Shown here one piece after another: positions 23,921 to 37,283 of a stretch of 64,000 nt of DNA (position 1 is the first letter of the stretch; each line of letters begins with the position of its first letter). Below the pieces are notes generated by a model. It was not told the origin of the DNA and made no database searches. It saw only the letters and a list, made by a program, of their open reading frames with translations. Source of the DNA: Halocafeteria seosinensis (Eukaryota); assembly GCA_001687465.1 (NCBI GenBank), contig LVLI01000295.1:1-64000 (forward strand), written 5' to 3'. A program made the position numbers and the translations under genes.

Positions 23921-24343
23921 GAAATTTAAGCCTCTGTACGTACATCTTGGAGACCAATGGTGAATATTGGGCCCACAGAATTCCAGCCCCATGAGACTCA
24001 CACTTCGTCGTCATTCGTGCTGCTTGATCCAAGCTACTCGGCGTGTTATTCGATCACGTTGCCAAAATGAGAGTTGAAGGCTAAACCAACATTTTCGCCA
24101 GAAATGTGTGGGGAATTTTTTGTCGGGTATCAGCAACATGCGCATACGATGCCGCTCCGTGTGATAGCATCATTGATACTGAAGCTTGGTGGTGACTGAA
24201 CGCCAGATGAAGCGAAGACTCCGGTTCAAAGTGAACGGGAATTTTTATAGCATAAGCCTCTCTACTATGCTCCGAATTTTACGCTGCTGTACCAAGTGTG
24301 GTAATTACTGGTGCCTGCCAGCACTGTGTGGTTCTGCATCGGC

Positions 24344-24537
24344 CATTCCAAATGAGGTGCGCCGATAATCGATGACTAATCAAACGCACGTGTAAGTTAA
24401 TGAAGAAAATGTCAACTACTAAAATGCCGAGCTACTACATATAATACGCGGTTCTACATTGCTCATTCCATATGAGATGCGCCGACAATCGATGACTAAT
24501 CAAACGCACGTGTAAGTTAATGAAGAAAACGTCAACT
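24344..24537. repeat. 74-bp direct repeat at 24344-24417 and 24464-24537 (120-bp period)
   Basis: CATTCCA.ATGAG.TGCGCCGA.AATCGATGACTAATCAAACGCACGTGTAAGTTAATGAAGAAAA.GTCAACT occurs twice with 4 mismatches. Confidence 0.95.
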
Positions 24538-25138
24538 GCATGACACTGTCCGACTGTAACCACCGCGACACGAAGCAGCACGCAGGTTGCAAGTACCACT
24601 GGTTGCAGAGCGCATGCAGAGTAGACTCCGTCAGTTTGAATAAACAATTGAAGAAGTTTCATGATATGTACGCATAGCTTATCGAGGAACGATATTCGTC
24701 CATGTAGCAGCGACGGTCCCGCTTTTCGCTCAGCCTCGCTGGCGTGCAACGGGATGAGACGCCAGTGGCTGTGGGGTTGTATACATGGTATAACCCTGGT
24801 CTCAAGGCTTGTATCACATCTCAGTACTTCCAGCAAGTATCGCACTTGTGAAAGGACTTGAGAACGTGGATTGAGCATATTTGAAGTGACGGTTAGAGCT
24901 CACAAGAGCCCCCATTGCATCACTTTTCTCATCCCCTATACCATTGGTAATGGTCAGGTGTCATCGGCCACCGTACCTGCCACAGCGACAGCAGGATTAC
25001 TGGTAACGTTAAGCATGGAAGAAGAAGACATCCTGCCTGCCACACCGATACGAGAACCACTTGCATACCCTTTAGGCGCCGATTTCTTGGTTTTCGCTTC
25101 TCCTTGTCTCTGTGATGAGGGGTGTTGTTTCGAGTATC

Positions 25139-25185
<47 letters not shown>

Positions 25186-25700
25186 GTGACCGATAGCCCA
25201 CCGGCCGGGGAGTTGACCGCATCCTCTTAACGAGGAGCGGTATGCGCCCGTGTTAAGCAGCGACGGGCCCGCTGTTCCTGCAGCCTTGCTGATATGCGCC
25301 GTGAGGGAACACAACACTGGTTTTGCTCAGGAGGCATCGGAGGAGGAGCCATGCTTGCGTGCGTGCCTGTACTTATATCTACAGCCGGTTCAAGGAAGTG
25401 CACCGTCGCCGATCCATCGGGCCAAATGAGTGGACAGCCAACACCCGCCCAATATCAGGGATCCTCTTTACAACAATCTACAAGCTATGCAGCAGATGAA
25501 CCTCCGCGAGCTACTACATATAATGCTGGTTTCCGGCATTCTTAATGTCGGCGGTTGCGACCGAATGACCTCCCGGTAGGTCGCATTGAACCGTTTGCCA
25601 GCAAACAACTGCGTTGAGGGTGTCTTGTTTGTTGTGTACGTCCCTGAAGACACGCACAAGAGCAACTACTCTTGTATAGCGGAAATACACGCTCATTTTC
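24428..25700 (-). pseudogene. Possible decayed non-LTR reverse transcriptase fragments
   Basis: TRVIPCIQP..WRLIP...SEAERKA (RT motif 1/2-like), VATADIKNAGN (DxxNAFN-like) and TVADD. Internal 18-bp duplications are present. Confidence 0.35.
25144..25182. repeat. (AC)19 microsatellite
   Basis: Perfect 39-nt AC run. Confidence 0.99.
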
Positions 25701-25916
25701 ATCTTCCGTTTATCATTATCATAAAAACGAGCGAACTAGACGTTGTGGTGGGAAGGTTCCAGCAAAGAAAAAAAGCGCGCATAACCTGCTGCCCAAGTGA
25801 ACGGAACTGTAGCAAAGTTCCCAGTTTCTTGCTTACTAGAGCAATATATTTACTTGTTGGCTTTATAGCTATCCGGATAGTATCGACGGACCTGCTGAAC
25901 ATTGTACTCTAGCACC

Positions 25917-27920
25917 ATGAGCAACTCAGTCTCCTCCAACAGCCTGTCGCATGCAGGACAAGCTGCATTGCAGGCTAAACGTAAGGAGAAAAAGAACCAC
26001 GAAAATGATCCCCGAAATGAGGCGTCCCAGACGAAAGAGGAAATTGGGTTGAGAAGACACAGCGTCGCCTCGAGCAGCAAAGGATCGCGGCTCGATATGA
26101 GTCGAAATGATCGTCGCCGGGAAGCGTTGAAGAATGTCCTCTTGAAGAAGATCTTGGGAAAATACGGTAGTCGAGTAAGTGCTCTCTTATACAGTTTTTA
26201 AATTCTTATACAGGATTGTAGAATCAACGCTCGTCAATTTGATCCGCAGATGGGTCCTGCAAAGAAGGCACACCAGACTATCGTCGCAGAAATTGATCGC
26301 TGTGTCGACTCGCACGATCAGCTGAGTACAAAAGACATCCAGCAGTTGGAAGACACTATCGTGTCGAAGCTGAATATACCCCCACCTAAGCCATCTCGGC
26401 GTCCGTCTCGGCGCCAATCGAATCAGCAGAACGAAGGGAATGCCAGTGACACTCAGCAGCAAGGAGAGGGCTCAAAAACTCAAGGGTCAACGTTGTCAGC
26501 ATCGGAAAAGCGGAGAGAGTCTGTCGATCCGCAGGAAGAAGCCGCCCGGGAACAAGCAGAACTGGTCGTCGATAAAGTAAAAACTGCCAATCAGATGTAT
26601 GGGGCATTTTCTCAAACTCGCCTTGGGCAATCTCAATCTGCCAGTAGCCTAGGTCTACCTGAAACGAAAATACTTGGTGGAAAAGTCCGGAAGGTAAAGT
26701 CATCAAACCCCATGGAGGCCTCTGCAAGCAGTCTCTTGGGTGAAAATGACGGCGAGTGGTCGTTGGTTGATCGTCTTGAAGAAGAGAAGGCAAAGAAAGA
26801 GGAACAACGTCGTAAAGAAGAAGATCGTCGTCGAAAAGAGGAATTCCGTAAAGAAATGGAAGAAGAGGTACGACTGCTGATAAAAGCATACTCCTTCTAG
26901 TGTTATTTCTTCATCCATTGTAACTACCACAGATGAAAGAGCATGAGAAGCAGAAACAGCAACGGTGGGAAGAATCTAAGAAGACATATGAACACCTCAA
27001 ACAACGAGACCAAAAAGAGATCGAAGAGGATGAAAAAGAAAAGGAACGAGCCAGAGAGAGACGTCGACAGGAGCAAATTGGTTATGACCAGCAAGTACGT
27101 AAAAGTTAACATTATTTTGCGTGGTGCTGCAATGCATAAATTGCGGTCGCAGATGAGAGAAGCTAGAGCGAGGAAGGAAGCGGAACAACGGTTATTGGAC
27201 CAACAAGCGAAAGAGATGCAAGAGAAGATGGAAAGAGAGGCACGCGAAAAAGAAGAGCAGGAACGAAAGGAGAGAATTGAGAAGAAAGAAAACCTGAAAA
27301 AGTTCTTTGCTGAGAACGAAGAGTACCGGGCAATGAAGCGAAAGGAAAAGGAGAGACAGCAAGAGGAAGATCGCAAGCTGATGGAGGAGTATGCTCGAAT
27401 TTTAGACGAGCAGGAACGTCGTCGACAAGAGGAATTTGAGAAGCGCACAGAAAAACAGAAACAGATATTGGGGGAAATGAATGATACATTCCAGAAGCAG
27501 TACGATGCTGAAGCCGAATTAGATCGTAAGATTGCACAAGTTCAAGAGGAGCGCGAGCAAAAGGAGATTCAAGACGCGAAGAAAAAGAAAGAGGAGCGCA
27601 AGCGGATGATGGAACGCATTAAGGAGAACCATCGAAAGCAGATCGAAGAGAAAGAACAACAAAAGAAGAAAGAACGCGAAGAATCCCTTCAGAAAGCTCG
27701 AGAAATGGTTGAAAAGGAAAAAGAACTGCAGAAGAAGGAAGAAGAGCAGCGACGGAAAGAGAGAGAGAAGAAACGCCAACAGGCAGAGCTGCTTGAGTCC
27801 CAAATGCACGAAGATGAAGGGGAAATGGAACGAATGTCTCCCAATGAGAAGGTCATGAACCGTGGCCTTTTTGAAGAAGCGGAGAAGCAGTTAGGCGTTT
27901 CAGGTTATGGCTACCACTGA
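25917..27920 (+). CDS. Long E/K/R-rich coiled-coil protein (trichohyalin/TPH-like, possibly ciliary), 3 introns
   Basis: Spliceable consecutive ORFs 25902-26201, 26250-26900 and 26943-27920. Contains EEDRKLMEEYARILDEQE and MSPNEKVMNR. Confidence 0.75.
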
Positions 27921-28394
27921 ATTTTCCGTGTTAAGTCAAAAAACAATAGACTGGGTGTCACTTATCTCAAAAAAACAAACACAGAAGCTGTACCAGTGTA
28001 CACGTCCTCCTCCTTACCGGCGAGTTACATGTCACAATGTACAGCGCACCAAATCTCGAAAACAAACAAGCGATGTGCAGTTTTCTCCCTGACTAAGTGA
28101 GCATCCCACACACTGACACTTATGTCTCCAACAAACCAAACTCATGAACGGCATCGGTAGTGGAAAGTAAACGTGCTCGGCGCAAAATGCCACCAGTTTC
28201 ATCAGGCTGCCACAGTGACTTTCGCTGAGCAGAGCAGCAATCTTCAACGAAAGCTGTGAAGCAATCGTGGTAGACAACTGGTTGGTTGTACTGGGGTGTA
28301 CCAGTCGTATACCGTTGCGCGTTGACAGATGAATTTTCGTCCGTTTGGCTAGTTGAGTGTTGCATGTACATGTTGGCTTCCAAGCGAAGTAAGG

Positions 28395-30533
28395 ATGAGT
28401 CGTGGAAGAATCGTGGAGGAGATCAACGTCCAAGATGCGTCCTACCGCCGAGGAGCACGATACCAACTTCCTATCCCAGCCGGCGACGATGCAGCGGAAG
28501 AGATCAGTGGCAGTGTTTCCTCTGTGGAAACGACGAGGAAGTCGAGACGGAACTCAGTGAGCAGACGGCGCCGCAATTCGGCGGCCATTCCAAGAGGAAG
28601 CAGGATCGATGGAGAAGCCAGGAATCGTCAGGGGATATGCAAAATAGACGACGGCACTTCCGATGCGGATGGTGCAGCGTATACAGGATCACACACACTG
28701 TGGAAACGTATCGCGCGGGGTCTGGCGGCGATGTTGTTGCCGGCAGGGTATCCCAAAACTGTACGCCCGGGATACGCACGATACCAGATACTCGACGGTG
28801 TACAAGTGAGTTCTCTTGAGCATATCGTACCTTCCTGGTGAGAAACCCACAGTGGTAACTGGGTTCCGAACTCGCGATGTTATGATAACAGGGACTGTGT
28901 AGTTACCTAAGAGGCATTTTATGCACACACGCTGTGCTCATTGGAATTGGAGTCGGGAATGGTACGTCTTCTCGTCTAAGTTGCGGCTGACCTCGGGACT
29001 CAATCATTGCTTCGCTGTCAGAAAATGCGACTGCAATTGCGGCTACTCTGAATTGGTAAGTTGGTACTCGCTCCCTCCGCAAATAATGATACTGTCAACA
29101 ATTGGCTCTCGGTTCCGTGGTTTGGCAGGATTGCACGAGATGGTAGTTCTTTGCTTGGTAGCTTGGCCTTCTCTTGGTGGGGAGGTGAGAAGTTTGGTCA
29201 TGATATGGTGAGATGAAGTAGATCTTTTGCCCTGCTAACATGTACGTTCATAGGGTGAGATGCCATTCAGAAATTCTGGAGGTTATTTGCCGATGCGATT
29301 AATGATGTTGGGTTGACTCTGGAGCTGCTCGCTCCGCTCGTATCAGGGTTCAACTTTTTGGTTGTAACTTGCTTGGCTTCGGTTTGTAAAAGCTTATGCG
29401 GCGTAGCCGCGGGATGCACGAAGAGTACGATAAGTCAGCACTTCGCAATCAGCAACAACTTGGCCGACGTCTCCGCGAAAGAAACGTACGTATCTCCTTA
29501 ATTTGTGTCGCCCACTGTTGTTGTCTTCGCTAGAGGTGTCAGTACATTATTATGCTTCGCGCAGAGCTCAGGAAAATGTTGTTACCCTAGTCGGTCTTCT
29601 TATGGGGGGGTTACTGGCAAACTTATTAAACACGCATTCCTTAGCTGTGTGGGCTATTTTCATAGTTTTGACGTTGATTCATGTCTATGCAAATTATTTG
29701 GCCGTCTTAACACTGAAATTGAGGACGTTGAACTCGAACAGAATCGCCCTACTAATGAACTGGTGGATAAAACATTGCCATGAAACGAAAGCTGGGACGA
29801 GAGTAATCAAAACACGTCGATCAAAGCTAGAAAGTGAATCGCTTTGTCGAGAACTAGTAGCAATTGCTAGCCATGGACGGTCAGCTATGGGTTATATTTT
29901 TGACGCACTGGCGCTAAGCTTCATGAGGATTGTTCGATGTAACGGCATGCTATTCATTGATAAGGTTGAGAAGATCCAACAACCAACAGCCGATGCTGTC
30001 AACGATCAGGAACCAATCTTACCGGGATGGATATGGGGACTTCGTGCAACACTTTTTATACCCACCAGTAGAGCGATTTATGGGACAGTTGGCGCCAGCC
30101 TTCAAGACGTTATGACGCAATGCACTCATTCTTATCGAAAAGCAGCCTCTAGTTACACATCCGGTGAACACGAATATGCCTTGGTCGTATGTCAATGCAC
30201 GCAACATACCTACTGGGTTGCGAGCATGCTTGATCATTCTTACAGCAGGAATGACATTTTATTCCCAGTGCTACATGTAAGACCTACCCGGATTGTAACA
30301 AATTAAGAAGTATAATCATTACTTGCTTTTCTTCGAGAACGCAGATGCATGCCACGGCTACTCTTCTTCACCACATGTCTGATGATGTCGCTGAACCATT
30401 GGAAGAACTCATTGAAAGGAGCTACAAGATGACTACGGAGCTGGAACAGCACCTCATGCAGTCATCATCAAGCGGCTGGTCGCTAGAACAAACTAGCGTG
30501 TCCGACGAAGGGTGGAGACTTTCTTTCAAATAG
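28395..30533 (+). CDS. RUS (root UVB sensitive)/DUF647 family protein, many short exons
   Basis: LLPAGYPKTVRPGYARYQILDGVQ-GLCSYLRG, KFWRLFADAINDVG, TISQHFAISNNLADVSAKE-AQE and HVYANYLAV..LKLRTLN. Confidence 0.92.
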
Positions 30534-30540
30534 TTTGAGG

Positions 30541-31619
30541 CTAAGGCACGCTATCGAAAAAGTCAATGTGAGCTCCTGATTCAAACCTTCCTCCTGTAAG
30601 GATATGAAGCATCTTCTGAGCACTTGTGGAGACATCAACAAGTTGGTTCTGGATTTGGACGCAGAGAAAAGTATGTCGTTCTTGGGTAATTTGCTATCAT
30701 GCTGCGGAACTACTCACTTTTTCCTTTAGATCGCAAAACATATTCTTCATCTCCGGATTTACTTTGCTGGAACCCCGGATCGTCTGCTGCATGGCAGTCT
30801 CCATTGGTCCCGGAGCGTAATTTAGAGTCTGTAGAGGGTCAAATGAGGATGGAAGAACGAGATTACGATAATAAAAAAATTCGAGGAAACTTACGTAAAT
30901 ATTTGAGCTTTTGCTCGCAAAGTCTTTGGCAGCAACCCTAAGAAACATATCTCTGGCGGCTTTAACCGAACAATAAACCCCAAACGACGGGAAAGCTTCT
31001 ATCGCATTTAGTGAGGAAATGTTCACAATATCCAGGCGAGTTGCGGAATGTTTTGCTTTCCAATTGCGAGTAAATTCTGAAACAGTCCACATAAACGTGG
31101 TTAGGTTCAGTTCGCAACTTGTTTGCATGGCAGAGTAATCCTGTAGTGCATCCACAGATCCCAACTCTCCCAAGGAACCAGCATTGCTAATCAGTATTCC
31201 ACGCTCAATTTCGGCATCTACACGATTCACCTCAGATAAAATCGAATCGACAGCTTCCCCCTTGGTGAGATCTGTTGTTAGCAGGGAAGTAGTTACGTTC
31301 GAACTCCTCTGTTTCAACCAAAATATACCGACGAATTGCCTAATTGCAGTACCATGGGTCATGTGCACACCTTACCTCTGCCACCTGACGCTTTGTTTCC
31401 TCCAAGTCTGTCCGGGATCTAGCCACCAGAACCTGTCAAACATCAGAGACACCCATTACATCTACGCAGCCGCCCTTATACTCAACATGTAGCGTAGCAT
31501 ACCATATGAAGGGGATGAAAGGCCTCATCTGACGCCAATTCCACCGCCACAGCTCGACCAAACCCTTTGGAAGCGCCTGTCAAGACCACCAGGGTGGTCC
31601 TACTATCGTCAGTAGCCAT
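30541..31619 (-). CDS. SPR: Sepiapterin reductase (SDR family)
   Basis: LTGASKGFGR, LISNAGSLG, VNISSL, YCSVKAARDM, LNYAPGPMETAMQ and C-terminal FESGAHIDFFD. Confidence 0.92.
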
Positions 31620-31866
31620 TCGTCCTGGGAATACAAACAGCGATATGGATTCAATACAAATGATGATACAATATTGGTCTTATTATATTGGGTTTTTGCT
31701 ATGGAGGGACTCCCTTCACACGCAAGTTCACAAGAGATCCCGCAGCATCACTGTACACGATGGTCCATAGCAACATATGAAAATTATGAAAGATAGCAAG
31801 CATGCTGAAACTTAGAAGGCATGCTTGTCTTGCCCCCTGCAATCATGTAGCGACGAGGGAACAGAG

Positions 31867-32838
31867 CTAAACGGGGTTTTCTGTCGAAGGCGAATCGAAA
31901 ATCCCAGACGATGTCACTCCGAGCGCACTGCTACTATATGTCTCATTAAGGTTGGTCAGAGATTGGGACTGTGATTGAGACAAGTTATTGTTTCCGTTCG
32001 AGGAATGAATCGATACAGCCCGAGGCAATTCCAACTGGTCGCCCTCAAGAGCAGTGATGTAACCTGCTTGTATACCGCTTGATGAACCCTGCCGCCGTTG
32101 GAAGGGGCTTGCCTTCGTCGAGGTATACTGGGGGCTGTTCGGATCACGTACTGTGTTAGAACGTAGTCTAGGTAGCTGACCTGCCGGAGGGGTGCTTGGA
32201 GAGGCGGGAGTATTATAGCTGGTTGTCTTCAAGAGCGTTCCTGATTCCAATCCGTGAACTGAACTCGGGTCGCTCTGCGTTTCACTTTTGACACCACTTG
32301 TTGCTCGTCTGGAGGGTCCATCACTGCATGTTTGAATAGTAGGTCGTGGGGTATACGAACGTTTCGCAGGGTCGCTCCTACTTCGCTCTCGAGTACTGTC
32401 AGAAGGAACTGACATAACCTGGGTGGACCCTAGCGCGCAGCACAGTGCTTTCCTGAAGATATTATTCTTTCCCCTTGTGCTCTTCATATTATTTGACGCC
32501 GTTTCATTGCCCTCACTCATAACTTTGTGCTCCGACACCACTCCGAGCCCCACCTTGCTCTGGCTACAAACCGACTCCGACCTCTTTTTCGGTTTTATAA
32601 TATGAGATCTTTTTCGCGGGATAATGTTATCAAAGGAGTGGTTATGATGCTTTCCAGTTTCGTTTCCGCCGAGCATTTTAAATGCCTTATTTGGATCCCC
32701 CTTGCCCTGGAATTCGGGGCAACTGCCACGTCTGTCATATCGGCGAAAATCTGCTTCCGGGTCATGCTTGTGCTTCTTCTGTAAGTGATCCGCAGGATAC
32801 GGTGCATCCGACCGAGAGCGTCCGCTCCGATTAAACAT
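31867..32838 (-). CDS. Hypothetical Ser/Thr-rich, low-complexity protein
   Basis: 323-codon uninterrupted ORF with AAAATG start context. No family recognised. Confidence 0.6.
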   Translation of the reverse strand: MFNRSGRSRSDAPYPADHLQKKHKHDPEADFRRYDRRGSCPEFQGKGDPNKAFKMLGGNETGKHHNHSFDNIIPRKRSHIIKPKKRSESVCSQSKVGLGVVSEHKVMSEGNETASNNMKSTRGKNNIFRKALCCALGSTQVMSVPSDSTRERSRSDPAKRSYTPRPTIQTCSDGPSRRATSGVKSETQSDPSSVHGLESGTLLKTTSYNTPASPSTPPAGQLPRLRSNTVRDPNSPQYTSTKASPFQRRQGSSSGIQAGYITALEGDQLELPRAVSIHSSNGNNNLSQSQSQSLTNLNETYSSSALGVTSSGIFDSPSTENPV

Positions 32839-33299
32839 TTTGCTTCAGTATCAATATCTCAAGAACTATACTTTGCTGAAAGGAATGGTCTCTGTTCGCT
32901 CACCTGTAAGGTTCAACCTGTATGCGACACGCAGAACACGAAACGCAAGTCATTCTTCCAAGGTTGCAAACACTAGAGAACGAGAAAAGATTTACTATTA
33001 AAATCGAATGATCGAGTCAAAAACACCCGAGATAGAGTGAGGGAGTCTTCGGAACTGCTCGATCAAACCCACTCAGCAAATAATAGCCAGCGCAGCTTCA
33101 ACTGTACACCCTGTTCATCAACGTACAATTATCCTTCCCCACAGCACTTTCAGGACTAAGAACGCACAACAGAGGAACACACAACATCGATACCATATAT
33201 CACTCTTCTTGATACCTAAGAATATCCCCTAACATGTTGATTTCGATCTAGAAGAGGGAACAAAGGGAGGACGCGTCCTTCAGTGCCAGTAAGTCCGCC

Positions 33300-34260
33300 T
33301 TTGTGCTTTCGGCTCGGACAATATACGATTTTTGTGCAGGGCCCTCACGCAGAATACTATCGAACCCTTATCCGCACCCATTCAAGAGCATTGCAGTGCA
33401 TGTCTTTTCGGCTGAAGATGCTTTTATTCCAGACCGCAAATATGTGGTCCTTCATCTGTCCGAGGAGGTGCCCCGGCAGATCCCCTTGGAGAGGCTTTTT
33501 GTAGTTTGTGGGTTCTGTACACGCCAGACTTACGCTTGTCGCTGATGAAGTGCCAAATTGCACCACCAATAGCAAGGGTATAGCTTTGAAGGACGTTCAT
33601 AATACTATTCATTCATGGACAATCTTTACAAGACTTGCTATGGAGACGTCTGCAAGCTATACCACCTGCAGACTTCGGACAGCATGTTGAAGCACTTGCG
33701 GAAAGTGCCAAGGGCTTATTTTCTACGGGCTGGCGTGGAATTCCACCGCCCCGAATTCGTCAGGACTGCAAGACGTGCAAAATCCTCTATATGTACTACG
33801 TTTGGAAGCGAGTACAGCGTAGTTTGGCGAGGTGATAGCACAGGTTACCAGGTACAGTTCCTTTAGCGCCCGCAATTTCGATTTGGCAGTGCTCGTTGGT
33901 TGGTGGCGTCCTTTGTCCCGTGGCGGAAACCCCAGCGGAGTTGAGTTAGTCTCTCGCCAAACACCACAGACGCACTACTTCCCTTACATCTGGAAAGGGT
34001 TACCGTGGAAACCTCTGCATAAACAGAGAATGTATCTTTGCTCTTTTTTCTGCTGAAGAAAACTTGCATAGAAGAAGATACGGCACGGTTGTAGGCAAAG
34101 ATCCACCCGCGCTCGGAAGCGTGCAACCGCTTTAACCAAATCACGCAAACTGCAATCTTTCTCCGTGTATCCCGATCCTGATGATAGATTGTTCATCCGG
34201 TAGAGTTGCGTGCGTCTATTGATCGAAATGTTGATGGCGCTGGTGATCCTCAGCGTCCGC
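33300..34260 (+). pseudogene. Possible decayed piggyBac-like transposase
   Basis: Frameshifted pieces in piggyBac order: YPHPFKSIAV, RLFVVCGFCTRQTY, YSFMDNLYKT (DNxF/YT-like) and SVVWRGD...VQFL. Confidence 0.3.
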
Positions 34261-34396
34261 AAGAAAGCCCCAGGCTCAGGCTCTGCGGGCCGCGTCTGGT
34301 ATAGTGGCTTTTTTCGTCAGGGTACCTCTTAAGCTCATAGTAAGACGACACTGCTCAGCTAGTCGAAAGGGATTAGGATCTGTGGTATACTGCAGC

Positions 34397-37283
34397 ATGG
34401 ACGCTACCCAAGAGTCTGGCCAAGGCAGCCACGCTCTGTATCACGTTGAAGTTGCCCCCTTCCAAAAGACGCGCGCTAAGCGCAGTTGGCTACTGACAGG
34501 GGACTGTGTAAGTGACACTGACTGTCAGTGACTGATAAGGATCATAAAATATTACACCAAACAATTGAGTAGATACATGTGAGGTTTTTGTACTGCAGAA
34601 ACGCAGCAAACTTCGTTGTCTGCTCGACTGTGTGACTTAAACGGTTGGAGTGCACCAATCTATCTCTTACATATTCGATATGGCCGGGCTAAATAGCACG
34701 CCAGCAATGACAGTTGCCCCCTCAATGACTGCTTCGCAGCTGGCTACTTTCATGGCGTCTACTAGGCAAAAAGCAGCTGCGGTAGTGGACAAAGCCCAGC
34801 GTGTAATTGGAGTCGTTTCAGCGAGAGACGTCCTGACTCGGGTGCTGGCAACTTCCAAAGACCCTTCTGCTTACACAGTGGAAAGCTTCATGACTTCCAA
34901 ACCGCTTGTTATTACTGAAGCAGAGTGGAGTGCCAGTAAGTAGTTTCCCTCGCGGCAGTAGTTCCAGCAGAATTTGTCGATCAGGTGATGTATTCGCAGA
35001 CCCTGACGTCGCTAGGCGCAAAATGACTGAGAGAGGATTCCGACACATACCCATTGTCGAGGACAACAACTCAAAACAGTACAAGAACATATTGACACTA
35101 ATGGGAGAAACTAGGGAGTGGTTCATAAAACAAGGAGAGAATAACTTTAGCGAGGTATGTGTGGACAGGCTGCGAAAACTATTTTTTGAACGCACCAACA
35201 CCGCCTAGATTACCAACAGAAACTGCAAAAAGTTGGGAACTCTCTTGCGAAACTGTTTGGGATTTCCGACGAAACTTCAAATAGCTCGGCAACTGAGAAG
35301 CAAAAATCGCAGAGGATCCTGTCCTGGAGACTCTGTGAGCTATTCCCGGCGGAGTCTAGCGAAATAATGTTGTCCTGCGAAGACACTCTTCAGAGTGCAG
35401 TGCAGTTCATGGCGACAAACGGCGTTGGAGCAGTTCTTGTGCATCGTCCTGAAAATCCGTACGTCTTGGCAGGAGTACTGTCAGAAACAGACGTCGTGGT
35501 AAGAGCTCTCTCCCAATACGCGACTGAAACAAACCTTCTTGAACGTCCTATTGAGGAGTTTTGGACAACGGGTGGCATTTCAACCCTACCCATGTCAGCT
35601 ACTCTCGAAGAAGCGCTCAAAATAATGCTCCGCAACAGCTATCGTCATATACCCATCGTCGATCCCCAGACTCAAGTTCCGAAGCTCCTTCTCGACATTG
35701 TGGCCATGGTCCGATGTTTGCTCGGTTCAGATTCCAGGAGATCCGGCTCATTTGACTCGGCGTATAGCGAAGAAGAGGAGTTTTTTCCTGAAGCTGCAAG
35801 TGGTGATACAGGCCTCAAGAATGGGGAGAAACACGCGAAGTCAGTACCACCCGGAAGTCCTGTTGGTACGCCTTCGGTATCGACTTGTTTCCCCCACGAG
35901 ATATGCGTTGATGCACATACATTTGGACAGGCACAGCGGACCTGGAAGCGGCTGGAAGATGGGAACAAAGCATTAAGACAATTTGATTTTAACGGGGGGG
36001 TGAGGAAATTTCAAATAGCCTCACGAATGTTGGATTCTATTATACCTAAGCTTGAGAGGACCGATTCTGAGTTTTCAGAAACAGATTGGATCTTGCTTTC
36101 GATTTTCCGCTGTTTAAGAATGAAAGCACTGTCTCATTTGTCTCGTTCTCTTTTTGTGGCAGAAGTGAACAGGGACGCTCGGAATGTCAATACGATATAT
36201 GAGGCTATACAACACGCTAGAGATGCGGTGACTACGCACGAAAGTTACGTTGGAGGAGTTAGACAAGCTGTGCAAAAAGGATATCGTGTTGAAACCGGAG
36301 AAGAATACACTCTATATCCAAGTCAGGAGAGCTCCGATGAAGACAGTCAAGAGGTCTTGAAAGTATCGCTGCTTCCAACTGACGCAAAGTTCCTCTTTGA
36401 GCTAGACCTCTGTGACTACCTTATCGAAGCTAATGAGTTCGAAGGATTCAAGGATATAATGAAGAAGATCAACATTGGAATCTTTTCAGAGCAACCTTGC
36501 AAAGCATCTGCTGCGACGCAAGGACAAGTAAAAAAACTGATATTGGGCAAACTCTTATCAATTCTAGAAACGGCGGAGAACTCACAAACAGACGTATACG
36601 ACGAAATACACAGCCAGGATCATTCGCAGCTGTCGGAAAGTGAAAAAGACTACCTTCTCACTAAAGCAATGCGAGCAATTGAAGCTTCAAGAGAAGTAAT
36701 CGAGTATCATTCATGGGCACTTTCAGAGACATGCGAAGAAGGTCGTTCTATCCAACGGGCATACCAGCAACTGCAGTCACCGCAACAGATGCACTATAGA
36801 AGAGCCCTCGAAACCGCAAAAGCTGTTTCCGAAAGCATAGTTGTTGACAGGGATGAGCGACTATTCACGGACGTCTCCAACAACCAGAAGCAGGGTGACT
36901 GCAGATTGTCCATGATACTCAACGATTGTGCGAGGGCAACTACGTTAGACCCCACGTACATCGAACCATACATACTCTGCTCCAAAGCATCCATTCTTAC
37001 GGGAAATTATATGGACGCACTTCAAACACTCTATACAGCTATTGGTGTGTCGCGGACACTTGCTTCCACGACCACCGGTATGTACGATTCCTTTTTGGAA
37101 AGCCTTCAATGGTATGCAAGCCGTACAAGGAAAGCACTTGAACGAGGCAAGGCAGAAGAAACGCCCTTTAAAGATATATCAAACTCAGGAAGAAGATATA
37201 CCGCTGGCAAACATCAAAGTGCAAACGACCAGATTGCGGCTTTACAGCAACTGATGGGTACAAATGACGCTGCAAGCTCATGA
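34397..37283 (+). CDS. Protein with two CBS pairs and a long helical/TPR-like C-terminal region
   Basis: IGVVSARDVLTRV, KMTERGFRHIPIV, GVLSETDVVVR and IMLRNSYRHIPIVD, with TPR-like DCARATTLDPTYIEPY near the end. The start is inferred. Confidence 0.8.
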
